From the NCBI GenBank assembly GCA_036491555.1, contig DASXBS010000038.1:2494-66493 (forward strand): a stretch of 64,000 bases of DNA, given 5' to 3'. Of this stretch, positions 11,947-20,835 are shown piece by piece; within the stretch, counting starts at the first letter, position 1; every line of letters starts with the position of its first letter. The stretch comes from Casimicrobiaceae bacterium (lineage in GTDB: Bacteria > Pseudomonadota > Gammaproteobacteria > Burkholderiales > Casimicrobiaceae). The notes beneath the pieces were generated by a model. That model worked only from the letters and a program-made list of their open reading frames with translations, did not search any database and was not told the origin of the DNA. Made by a program: the position numbers and the translations under genes.

Positions 11947-14430
11947 CTGGCGCAGCACGACCAGCGGCGGCTGGCGCGTTGCGCTGCGCGTGCCGAGCCA
12001 GCCTGCGAGCGCGACACCGAGCGCGCCCCCGACGATCCCGATCAGCCACACCCACGCATTCCAGTGGAACGGTATCTGGAACGCTCGATCGGAAAGAAAG
12101 TAGCCGACCGCGGTCGCGCCGGCGGCGGCCAGCAACCCCGCGAGCGCGCCCAGCGCCAGGAACTCGGCGATCTGTGCGGCATCGAGCGCGCGCTGGCGCG
12201 CGCCCAGCGTGCGCAGGATCGCCGCATCGTAGCGGCGCTCGTCCTGCGTCACCGCGACCGCGGCCTCGAGCACGAGCACGCCACCCAGCAGCGTGAAAAG
12301 AAACACGAACTCGACGGCGCGTGCGACTTCCTCGATGATTGACTGCACCTGATGCATGACTTCGCCGACGTCGATCACCAGGACGTTGGGAAATTCGCGC
12401 AGCAGCGGTGTGAGCCACGTGGCATTGCCGTCGGCGGCGCGCACCGCAGCGATATACGTCGTCGGCATCGCGTCGAGCGCGCCCGCCGGGAACAGCGCGA
12501 AAAAATTCACGCGAAAGCTGTCCCAGGCGACCTTGCGCAGGCTGGTCACCCGCGCATCGAGCCGGGTGCCGACGAAATCCCACGTCAGGGTGTCACCCAG
12601 CTTGATTCCGAGCGTATTTGCAATGCCCTCCTCGAGCGACATGCCGCCCTTCTCGCCCGCGTTCCACCAGGTGCCGGCGACGACTTTGTTGCTGGGCGGC
12701 AGCGCGTCGACAGACGACAGGTTGAATTCGCGCTCGCCGAGTCGGCGCGCCCGCTCGTCGGGGAGCTTGGTGGTGTCGAAGGCGACGCCGTTGACCGCCA
12801 CCAGCCGGCCGCGAACCATCGGATACGAGACGGCGTCGACGTTAAGCTCGCGCTTGAGCAACGCGCGTACGCCGTCGACCTGGTCGGGCAGCACGTTGAT
12901 CAGGAACGCGGTCGGCGCGTCTGCAGGCAGGCTGGCGCGCCAATTCGCCATGAGATCGCCGCGCACCAGCGTCAGCAGCAGCAGCGCCATCAGGCCCAGC
13001 GCTAACGCGCCGATCTGCATGCTCGCGGCAAAAGGCCGGCGGCGCAGGTTCGCCAGTCCATAGCGCCAGCTGTACCCGCGCTGCGGCAGAAGTCGCAGCG
13101 CTGCCACCAGCACGCGAGCAGTGATCAGCGCAGTTAGCAGCAGCGCTGCAACGCCGCCGACCATGATCATCGCCATGCGCGCATCGGGCGCCTGCGCGGC
13201 GATGAGCGCCGCAACCGTCGCTGCGCCCATCGCGTAGGCGAGCGCGCCGCCGGCGCGCGGCGCGCCGAGATCGCGCCGCAGCACGCGCAGCGGCGGCACG
13301 CGCGACAGCGCCAGCAGCGGCGGCAATGCGAAGCCGAGCAGCAGCAGGAGGCCCGTGGCCATCGCGATCAGCGCCGGCAGCGCTGACGGCGGCGGCAGTT
13401 CCGCGCTCACCACCGATCCGAGGATCGCGACCAGCACCTGCTGGCCGCCGAGCGCGATCGCGCAACCGACGACGCTGGCGACGCTGCCCAGCGCGAGGAA
13501 CTGCAGCAGGAACAGCGCCAGGGTCTGGCGCTGCGCGGCCCCGAGGCAGCGCATCATCGCCGCGGCATCGAGATGACGTCGCAGGTAACGTGCCGCGGCG
13601 AGCGCGACCGCAGCGGCCGCGAGAATCGCCGCCACCAGCGCCGCCAGGCCGAGAAATTGCTCCGCACGCTCCAGGGTCTGCCGCACCTCGGGGCGAAGAT
13701 CACGTATCGACTCGAGGCGCTGACCGCGCTCGAGCCGACCCTTGGCCCAGTCGCGGTAGGCGTCGCTCGCGGCGCCAGCGATCAGCAACCGCCAGGTGGC
13801 TCGATTGCCGGGTTGCAACAGTCCCGTCGCACCGACGTCGTCGATGTTCATGAGCATCTTCGGGCCGAGGGTGAACAATCCTCCGGTCACTTCCGGATCC
13901 TGCTGGACGATGGCGCTGATTTTCAGTGTGGTGTCGCCGACGGCGAGCGCGCTTCCGACCTTCGCGTCGAGTCGTGCCGCGAGCCGCGTGTCGATCCAGG
14001 TCTCGCCGCGCGCCGGGATGGCGCGCGCGATGCGTCCCGCGGGGTTGGAGGGATCGAGCAGCGTGATCGCTCCACGCAGCGGATAGCCCGCGCCCACAGC
14101 CTTGACGTCGGCGAGGACCGGTCCCGCGTCGTCGCTGCGCCCGGCGCTTTGCACCATGCTGTTGAAGCGGATCGCGGGTACCACCGCGAGCCCGCGTGCG
14201 CGCGCCTCCTCGACGAGCGACTCCGGCAGCGGACGATCGCCGGAGATCAGAAGGTCCGCGCCGAGCAGCACATTGGCCTGCCGCGTCAGCGCCACCTTGA
14301 CGCGATCGGTGAACATCGCCACCGAGCCGACGCTCGCGACCGCGAGCACCAGCGCCGCGAACAGCACCGACAGCTCGCCGGCACGCCAGTCGCGGCGCAG
14401 CATGCAAAGCGCAAGGCGCAGCGTATTCAA
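11938..14430 (-). CDS. ybbP: FtsX-family ABC transporter permease YbbP
   Basis: 830 aa with a duplicated FtsX-type architecture. The N-terminus LALCMLRRDWRAGE parallels E. coli YbbP. It has a TTG start that overlaps the ybbA stop (TTGA). Confidence 0.85.
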   Translation of the reverse strand: MNTLRLALCMLRRDWRAGELSVLFAALVLAVASVGSVAMFTDRVKVALTRQANVLLGADLLISGDRPLPESLVEEARARGLAVVPAIRFNSMVQSAGRSDDAGPVLADVKAVGAGYPLRGAITLLDPSNPAGRIARAIPARGETWIDTRLAARLDAKVGSALAVGDTTLKISAIVQQDPEVTGGLFTLGPKMLMNIDDVGATGLLQPGNRATWRLLIAGAASDAYRDWAKGRLERGQRLESIRDLRPEVRQTLERAEQFLGLAALVAAILAAAAVALAAARYLRRHLDAAAMMRCLGAAQRQTLALFLLQFLALGSVASVVGCAIALGGQQVLVAILGSVVSAELPPPSALPALIAMATGLLLLLGFALPPLLALSRVPPLRVLRRDLGAPRAGGALAYAMGAATVAALIAAQAPDARMAMIMVGGVAALLLTALITARVLVAALRLLPQRGYSWRYGLANLRRRPFAASMQIGALALGLMALLLLTLVRGDLMANWRASLPADAPTAFLINVLPDQVDGVRALLKRELNVDAVSYPMVRGRLVAVNGVAFDTTKLPDERARRLGEREFNLSSVDALPPSNKVVAGTWWNAGEKGGMSLEEGIANTLGIKLGDTLTWDFVGTRLDARVTSLRKVAWDSFRVNFFALFPAGALDAMPTTYIAAVRAADGNATWLTPLLREFPNVLVIDVGEVMHQVQSIIEEVARAVEFVFLFTLLGGVLVLEAAVAVTQDERRYDAAILRTLGARQRALDAAQIAEFLALGALAGLLAAAGATAVGYFLSDRAFQIPFHWNAWVWLIGIVGGALGVALAGWLGTRSATRQPPLVVLRQLA

Positions 14431-15161
14431 GCTCGAGCCGACACCGCGGTATCCGCAGCGCGCTGGTCGGCGACCAGTTTGCCGTCGGCGAGCGAGAGCC
14501 TGCGCGCGCAGCGCGACGCCAGCGTCACTTCGTGCGTGACCAGCACCAGCGTCGTTCCACGCTCGCGGTTGAGCGTGAACATGAGGTCGGCGACCTCGCC
14601 TCCGGTCTGTCCGTCCAGATTGCCCGTGGGCTCGTCCGCCATGAGGACCTTGGGCTCGCCCGAGAACGCACGCGCGATCGCCACACGCTGCTGCTCACCG
14701 CCCGAGAGCTGCTTCGGATAATGCGTCAGCCGCCCGGCGAGCCCTACGCGGGCCAGCCACTCGCGCGCCTTGCGCGCAGCATCGGGCGCGCCTGCGAGCT
14801 CGAGCGGGAGCATCACGTTTTCCAGCGCGGTGAGCGCGGGCAGCAGCTGAAAGGACTGGAACACGAACCCCAGCCAGCGCTGGCGCAGCGCGGCGCGCGC
14901 ATCTTCGCTCAGTTCGCCCAGCGCCGTATCGCCCAGCCAGATCTCGCCGGAGGTCGGGCGGTCCAGCCCAGCGAGCAGGCCCAGCAGCGTGGTCTTTCCC
15001 GATCCCGATGCCCCGACGATGGCGACCGTTTCGGTCGCGCCGACCTCGAAACTTACCGCGTCGAGGATGGTCAGCGGTTCATCACCGCTTTGGACGCGCT
15101 TGGAAACGTTGCTGGCGCGGATCACGGTGTCGGAAGCGAGCGAGGATGAATCGGGTGGCAT
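14427..15161 (-). CDS. ybbA: ABC transporter ATP-binding protein YbbA
   Basis: Track ORF 14427..15212 trimmed to MPPDSSSL. Has Walker A GASGSGKTT and signature LSGGEQQRVAIARA. It is MacB/LolD-like. The start is uncertain (15161 or 15212). Confidence 0.88.
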   Translation of the reverse strand: MPPDSSSLASDTVIRASNVSKRVQSGDEPLTILDAVSFEVGATETVAIVGASGSGKTTLLGLLAGLDRPTSGEIWLGDTALGELSEDARAALRQRWLGFVFQSFQLLPALTALENVMLPLELAGAPDAARKAREWLARVGLAGRLTHYPKQLSGGEQQRVAIARAFSGEPKVLMADEPTGNLDGQTGGEVADLMFTLNRERGTTLVLVTHEVTLASRCARRLSLADGKLVADQRAADTAVSARA

Positions 15162-15264
15162 GAATGGGAGGTTGGGACGCGCGCGGGATCGAACAAGGCG
15201 CGAGACAAGCATTGTACCGGTCGCGCTGGGCGCCCCTGCGCGGCGCGGCTAGAATAGGCTGCCC

Positions 15265-15918
15265 ATGAAATATCTGGTTTCATTCCTGATGCTGGTCGGT
15301 GCGTCGGTTTTCTGTGTCGGCTTTGCGTCCGCTGCGCGGGCAGCGCCCGCTCAACCGGTGATCCTGGTCATCGGCGACAGCCTGTCCGCGGGTTACGGGC
15401 TCCCCGCCGACGCGGGGTGGCCGACGCTTCTGCAGCGGCGTCTGGGCTCCGAGGGCTATCCGCACCTCGTGGTCAACGCCAGCATCAGCGGCGACACCAC
15501 TGCGGGCGGCCGGGCGCGCCTGGATGCGCTGCTCGCGCAGCACCATCCGGCGATCGTCGTGATCGAGCTCGGCGCCAACGACGGGCTGCGCGGCAGCAGC
15601 ATCGACGCCATGCGCCAGAATCTCGACGCGATGGTGCTCGCTGCGCAAAAAACCGGCGCACGCGTCGTGATCGTCGGCATGCGTCTTCCGCCCAACTATG
15701 GCGCGGCCTACGGGGCGCGATTCGATGCCACGTTCGCCGACGTCGCCAAGGCGCACAAGGCCGCACTGGTGCCATTCCTGTTCGAGGGCTTTGCCTTCGA
15801 CGAGGCGATGTTCCAGGCCGATCGTGTGCATCCGCTTGCCGCAGCGCAGTCGCGGATGCAGGACAACGTATGGGCAGCGCTCAAGCCCCTGCTGGTCGCG
15901 CCGGGCAAACGCGGATGA
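15265..15918 (+). CDS. tesA: periplasmic SGNH arylesterase / acyl-CoA thioesterase I
   Basis: Has a signal peptide, GDSLSAGYG block I and a C-terminal DRVHP block. It is divergent from ybbA, as in E. coli. Confidence 0.9.
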   Translation: MKYLVSFLMLVGASVFCVGFASAARAAPAQPVILVIGDSLSAGYGLPADAGWPTLLQRRLGSEGYPHLVVNASISGDTTAGGRARLDALLAQHHPAIVVIELGANDGLRGSSIDAMRQNLDAMVLAAQKTGARVVIVGMRLPPNYGAAYGARFDATFADVAKAHKAALVPFLFEGFAFDEAMFQADRVHPLAAAQSRMQDNVWAALKPLLVAPGKRG

Positions 15919-16997
15919 GCGAGCGCCACGACACGCTGCGAGCGAATGTCGACCGCATCGCGGAATTCAGCGATCGCATCGATGTGCGCAGCCCCGCGGA
16001 GTTCGCGCTCGATCGTGTGCCCGGCGCCGTCAACCATCCGGTGCTCGACGACACTCAGCGCGCGCAGGTCGGCACGCTTTACGTCGCGTCGCCGTTCGCC
16101 GCGCGCCGGCTCGGCGCGGCGATGGTCGCGCGCAACATCGCGGCCATGATCGACACGGCGTTCACGGGAAAGGCGCGCGAGTGGCGTCCCCTCGTCTATT
16201 GCTGGCGCGGCGGACAGCGCAGCCGCGCACTCGCGCATGTGCTCAACGAAATCGGTTGGCGCGCGATGCAGCTCGACGGTGGCTATCGCGCCTATCGCCG
16301 CGACGTCGTGACGCGGCTGGCGACGCTCCCAAGGAGACTGGAGTTCGTCGTCGTCGGCGGGCTCACCGGCTCGGGCAAGAGCCGCTTGATCGCAGCGCTC
16401 GACGCCGCAGGTGCACAGGTGCTCGACCTCGAACGGCTCGCGTGTCATCGCGGCTCGCTGCTGGGAAGCGTTCCCGGCGAGCCACAGCCTTCGCAAAAGG
16501 CGTTCGAATCCGCGCTGCTCGAGCGCCTGCAGCGCTTCGACGCCTCGCGGCCGGTCTTCGTCGAGTCGGAAAGCCGTCGCGTCGGCGCGCTGCAGCTGCC
16601 CGACGCGCTGCTCGAACGCATGCGCACCGGCCGCGGCGTCGCGCTGCAGACCCCGCATCCACTCCGGGTCGCGCTGCTCAAGCAGGACTACCGGCACTTC
16701 ATCGACGATGCCGGCGCGCTCGAGCGCTCGCTGCTGCCGCTGACACCGCTGCACGGCAAAGCGATCCTCGCGCACTGGGCCGAGCTCGCCGCCGCCGGCG
16801 ACTGGGACACGCTGGTCGCCGAGCTGCTCGCGCGCCATTACGATCCGGCGTACGCCCGCTCGCTGGCGATGCATTACGCGCCGGCGCGAGCCGACTTGCA
16901 AGCCGAGGTCGACGATATCTCGGCGGCGGGCTTCGCGGCACTTGCGGCGGAGCTGGCCGCGCGCTTCGGCGCCGAGTCGCTGGCTGCGCTATCCTAG
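15915..16997 (+). CDS. selU: tRNA 2-selenouridine synthase
   Basis: From the frame of track ORF 15417..16997, starting MSERHDTL. Has the rhodanese active-site motif CWRGGQRS and the P-loop GLTGSGKS. Forms an ATGA overlap with the tesA stop. Confidence 0.88.
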   Translation: MSERHDTLRANVDRIAEFSDRIDVRSPAEFALDRVPGAVNHPVLDDTQRAQVGTLYVASPFAARRLGAAMVARNIAAMIDTAFTGKAREWRPLVYCWRGGQRSRALAHVLNEIGWRAMQLDGGYRAYRRDVVTRLATLPRRLEFVVVGGLTGSGKSRLIAALDAAGAQVLDLERLACHRGSLLGSVPGEPQPSQKAFESALLERLQRFDASRPVFVESESRRVGALQLPDALLERMRTGRGVALQTPHPLRVALLKQDYRHFIDDAGALERSLLPLTPLHGKAILAHWAELAAAGDWDTLVAELLARHYDPAYARSLAMHYAPARADLQAEVDDISAAGFAALAAELAARFGAESLAALS

Positions 16998-17001
16998 CCT
17001 G

Positions 17002-17859
17002 ATGCGCGACTATCCGTTCCGTATCGTCAACGTGTTCGCCGAGCAGCGCCTCGGCGGCAACCCGCTTGCCGTCGTCGAGCGCGCCGACGGGATCGATGCG
17101 CGCACGATGCAGGCGATCGCGCTGCAGTTCAATCTGTCCGAGACGACGTTCATTCTGCCGCCCACGAACGCCGACGTTCGCGTGCGCATTTTCACACCGA
17201 CATTCGAGATGCCATTTGCCGGACATCCGACGCTGGGCAGTGCGCACGTGGTGCGCGATCTGCTCGGTCGCGGCGACGCGGTCAGGCTCGAGATGCAGGT
17301 CGGCATCGTGCCGGTCAGCGCGCAAGGCGATCGCTGGACGCTCGAAGCCCAGGCACCGCGCACGCGTGCGGTGGACGCGTCGCCGCGCGAGCTGGCCGCG
17401 ATGCTCGGCATCGACGAGAGCGACTTCGAGGCGACGCCACTGTGGGTGAACACCGGTGCCGAGCAGCTGGTGATTCCGCTCGGCAGCGCCGACGCCGTAC
17501 GCAAGGCCCGCCCCGACGGCTCGCTGCTCGCGCGTCACGGCAGCATCCCTTTGGAGGGCGCGGCGGCGCGCGCGATGGCGTATGTGTGGGCGCACGATGG
17601 CCCCGGACGCGTGCTGTGCCGCTTTTTTTTCTCCAAGCACGGCGCAGCGATCGAGGATCCGGGCACCGGCTCCGCATGTGCCAACCTCGGCGGCTGGCTG
17701 GTCGCCACCGGCGCGGCGCTGCCGCAGACGCTGGTGCTGCAACAGGGCGACGCGGTGGGACGTTCGTGTCAGCTCGGACTGCGCGTCGACGCCGACCGAC
17801 GCATTTTCGTTTCGGGACGTGTCATCGAGTTCGCGCGCGGCGTCCTCCAGCTGGATTGA
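17002..17859 (+). CDS. PhzF-family isomerase-like protein
   Basis: Track ORF 16942..17859 trimmed to MRDYPFRIVNVFAEQRLGGNPLAVV...LSETTFI...FAGHPTLG. Confidence 0.85.
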   Translation: MRDYPFRIVNVFAEQRLGGNPLAVVERADGIDARTMQAIALQFNLSETTFILPPTNADVRVRIFTPTFEMPFAGHPTLGSAHVVRDLLGRGDAVRLEMQVGIVPVSAQGDRWTLEAQAPRTRAVDASPRELAAMLGIDESDFEATPLWVNTGAEQLVIPLGSADAVRKARPDGSLLARHGSIPLEGAAARAMAYVWAHDGPGRVLCRFFFSKHGAAIEDPGTGSACANLGGWLVATGAALPQTLVLQQGDAVGRSCQLGLRVDADRRIFVSGRVIEFARGVLQLD

Positions 17860-17942
17860 CGATACGCCGGGACCAGGTAACACCCGGTTACATTCCTTCG
17901 CCGCTTTCGCGGTCAACAGCGCGCCAGACTGAAGCGTTGTTG

Positions 17943-19544
17943 ATGGGACGGTCATTTGCCGCGGAGACGTTCGTGCTGCAACGCAAACCGAATGAGCAGA
18001 AGAGTCCGACCTCGCCTGTGTTGGTCATGCTGTGCATCGCAATGCTTGCGTGCTCGGCTCACGCGGCGGCTGGCGGCGGGCCGCTGGGCTACGAAGACGC
18101 GCGCCAGTTGCTCAATCGCACCGGCTTCGGCGCCACGCACACGCAGATCCAGCACTTCGCGACGCTGACGCGCGAGCAGGCGGTTCGCACGCTGCTTGCC
18201 GACACGCGAACGACAGCGGTGACCGCGGCGCCGGCGTGGACCTCGAGCACCGACCCGCTGCGCTATCCGCGTCCCGGGGACAAGGCCAGCGACGCCGAGC
18301 GCAAGGCGTTCCAGCGCGAGCAGGTGCGCGAGGGGCTGGAGCTTCGCGGCTGGTGGGTGGGCGAGATGGTAGCGACTCCGTCCCCGCTCACCGAGCGGAT
18401 GACGCTGTTCTGGCACAACCACTTCGTCTCCAGCCAGCAAAAAGTCCGTCTCGCCGAGCTCATGTACAGGCAAAACGTGACCCTGCGTGCCCATGCGCTT
18501 GGTCATTTCGGCGATCTGCTGCACGCGATGGCGCGCGATCCGGCGATGGTCATCTATCTCGACAGCGTGCAGAACCGGAAGGGATCGCCGAACGAAAATT
18601 TCGCGCGCGAAGTCATGGAGCTGTTCACGCTGGGCGAAGGCAACTACGCCGAGCAGGACATCAAGGAAGCCGCGCGCGCGTTCACCGGATGGAGCCTCGA
18701 TCGCGCGTCCGGGCAATTCGTGTTCCGTCCGTTCATCCACGACTACGCGGTAAAGACCGTGCTCGGTCGCAGCGGCCTGCTCGACGGCGACGACGTGCTC
18801 GACATCCTCTTGGCGCAACCGCAAACCGCGGAATTCATCACACGCAAGCTCTGGCGCGAATTCATCTCGCCGCAACCCGACGAGGCAGAGGTCAGGCGCA
18901 TAGCCAGGGCATTTCGCGAATCGAACTACGATATCAAGGTCGCGCTGCACGCGCTCCTCGTGTCCGACGCTTTCTATGCCGCCGACAACCGTGCGACGCT
19001 GGTCAAGTCGCCGGTCGAACTGGTGGTGGGAACGCTGCGTCAATTCGATCTCAAGCCCGACCAGATGCTGCCGTTCGCGGTGGCCGCGGCGGGCATGGGC
19101 CAGAACCTGTTCTCGCCGCCCAACGTCAAGGGTTGGCCAGGCCAGGACACCTGGATCAACTCGAGCACCTTGCTCGCGCGCAAGCAGTTTCTCGACCGGC
19201 TGTTCCGCGCCGAGGACGGCGCTGACAAGGCCGACGCCGCCCCGATGGAGCTCGCGATGGCGTCGCCGCCGAAGCAGGCGATGCTCCCTGCCGGCGCGCA
19301 GGATCCCGACAAGCTGCGTGAGATCGCCTTTCGACGCAGCATGGAGCGCAGCCTCGATCGCGTTCAGTTCGACAGCGCGAGCTGGTTCGCGAGTCTCGGC
19401 GTGACGCCGCAGTCGAGGCAGCGCGGCCACGCTGCCGCGCGCATGCTGCTCGCCATCGCGCCGCAAGTTGCGCCGGATCCGGACAGCGACTCGGTGGCGC
19501 TGGTGCGCGCGCTGGTGCTCGACGTGGCTTATCAGCTCAAGTGA
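17943..19544 (+). CDS. DUF1800 domain-containing protein
   Basis: Part of track ORF 17442..19544, from MGRSF. Has a signal-like segment VLVMLCIAMLACSAHA, then LLNRTGFGAT...FWHNHFVSS...MELFTLGEGNY...FTGW. The exact start is uncertain. Confidence 0.8.
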   Translation: MGRSFAAETFVLQRKPNEQKSPTSPVLVMLCIAMLACSAHAAAGGGPLGYEDARQLLNRTGFGATHTQIQHFATLTREQAVRTLLADTRTTAVTAAPAWTSSTDPLRYPRPGDKASDAERKAFQREQVREGLELRGWWVGEMVATPSPLTERMTLFWHNHFVSSQQKVRLAELMYRQNVTLRAHALGHFGDLLHAMARDPAMVIYLDSVQNRKGSPNENFAREVMELFTLGEGNYAEQDIKEAARAFTGWSLDRASGQFVFRPFIHDYAVKTVLGRSGLLDGDDVLDILLAQPQTAEFITRKLWREFISPQPDEAEVRRIARAFRESNYDIKVALHALLVSDAFYAADNRATLVKSPVELVVGTLRQFDLKPDQMLPFAVAAAGMGQNLFSPPNVKGWPGQDTWINSSTLLARKQFLDRLFRAEDGADKADAAPMELAMASPPKQAMLPAGAQDPDKLREIAFRRSMERSLDRVQFDSASWFASLGVTPQSRQRGHAAARMLLAIAPQVAPDPDSDSVALVRALVLDVAYQLK

Positions 19545-19615
19545 GAACTCAAATGAGAACTCAAAGCGGGAACTCGAATGCGAGCTCAGGGAGACCTCGA
19601 GCGCGAACTCCAATG
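19543..19615. repeat. Degenerate tandem repeat of about 12 nt (6 copies of a GAnCTC core)
   Basis: GAACTC, GAACTC, GAACTC, GAGCTC, GACCTC and GAACTC begin at 19545, 19557, 19570, 19582, 19593 and 19605. The spacings are 12, 13, 12, 11 and 12 nt. The repeat lies in the DUF1800-DUF1501 spacer. Confidence 0.8.
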
Positions 19616-19633
19616 AAAGCGTGTGGACCTTTC

Positions 19634-20809
19634 ATGAACCGCCGCCATTTCCTGAAGCTCGCCGCCGGGAGCGCGCTCGCGTGCTCGTCCGGACTCGCTA
19701 CGCAGGTTGCGTGGGCCGCCGCGCCTGCGGTGGCGAACTACCGCAATCTCGTGGTGCTGATCGAGCTCAAGGGCGGCAACGACGGGCTCAACACGGTCGT
19801 TCCCTACGCCGATCCCGCGTATTACGCGCTGCGGCCGAAGATCGCGATCGCGCGCGACCAGGTGGTAGTGCTCACCGATCGCGTCGGACTGCATCCCGCG
19901 CTCGCGCCGCTGCGTCCGCTATGGAACGAGCGGCAGCTCGCCATCGTGCAGGGCGTCGGGTATCCCGAGCCGAATCTTTCGCATTTCCGGTCGATCGAGA
20001 TCTGGGACACCGCCTCGCGCAGCAACGAATACCTGCAGGAAGGCTGGCTTACGCGGACCTTTGCGACCGCTCCCACCCCCGCCGGGTTCGCCGCCGACGG
20101 CGTCATCATCGGCTCGCCCGACCTCGGACCGCTCGCCGGTGGCGGAACGCGCGCCATCGCGCTGTCGAACACCGAGCAGTTCCTGCGTCAGGCGCGCCTG
20201 GCAACGCCTGAAGGCCAGTCGCGCAACAAGGCACTGCAGCACATTCTCAAGGTCGAGGCCGATGTCATGCAGGCTGCATCGCATTTGTCGGCCAGCCGCG
20301 CGTTCAGCACCGAGTTTCCCGCCGGCGTCTTCGGCAACGCGATGCACACCGCGGCACAGGTCATCGCCAACCAGGCCGGCGTGGCAGTCGTGCGCGTCAC
20401 GCTGAGCGGCTTCGACACGCACAGCGGCCAACCCGCCACACAGGCGCGCCTGCTCGGCGAGCTCGCCGCCGGCATCGTCGCGCTCAAGGGCGCGCTCGAG
20501 GAATTGGGGCGTTGGAACGAGACGCTGATGCTGACCTACGCCGAATTCGGGCGGCGGCCCAGGGAGAATCTCTCCAACGGCACCGACCACGGCACTGCGA
20601 GCGCGCATTTCGTGCTCGGAGGTCGCGTCGCGGGTGGGCTGTACGGAGAGCAGCCGTCGCTGGACACGCTTTCCGCTGACGGCAATCCCGCGTACGCGAT
20701 CGATTTCCGCAGCGTATATGCCACGGTGCTCGAGCGCTGGTGGAGCTTGCCGTCGGCGACCGCGCTGCTCGGCACACGCTACCCTGTGGTTCCCCTACTG
20801 CGTGCGTAG
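19634..20809 (+). CDS. DUF1501 domain-containing protein (Tat-exported, sulfatase-fold-like)
   Basis: Track ORF 19541..20809 trimmed to the twin-arginine signal MNRRHFLKLAAGSALA. Also has LSGFDTH and GTDHGTAS motifs. Confidence 0.85.
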   Translation: MNRRHFLKLAAGSALACSSGLATQVAWAAAPAVANYRNLVVLIELKGGNDGLNTVVPYADPAYYALRPKIAIARDQVVVLTDRVGLHPALAPLRPLWNERQLAIVQGVGYPEPNLSHFRSIEIWDTASRSNEYLQEGWLTRTFATAPTPAGFAADGVIIGSPDLGPLAGGGTRAIALSNTEQFLRQARLATPEGQSRNKALQHILKVEADVMQAASHLSASRAFSTEFPAGVFGNAMHTAAQVIANQAGVAVVRVTLSGFDTHSGQPATQARLLGELAAGIVALKGALEELGRWNETLMLTYAEFGRRPRENLSNGTDHGTASAHFVLGGRVAGGLYGEQPSLDTLSADGNPAYAIDFRSVYATVLERWWSLPSATALLGTRYPVVPLLRA

Positions 20810-20835
20810 TCTGCGTCGATCGCGACGATTGAGTG

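Noticed and set aside
19541-19633. A GTG-initiated N-terminal extension of the DUF1501 gene (MRTQMRTQSGNSNASSG...), which would make the 12-nt repeat coding.
   Set aside because: A canonical twin-arginine signal begins at the ATG at 19634. A 31-aa extension in front of a Tat signal is implausible. The GTG also overlaps the DUF1800 stop codon without an RBS.
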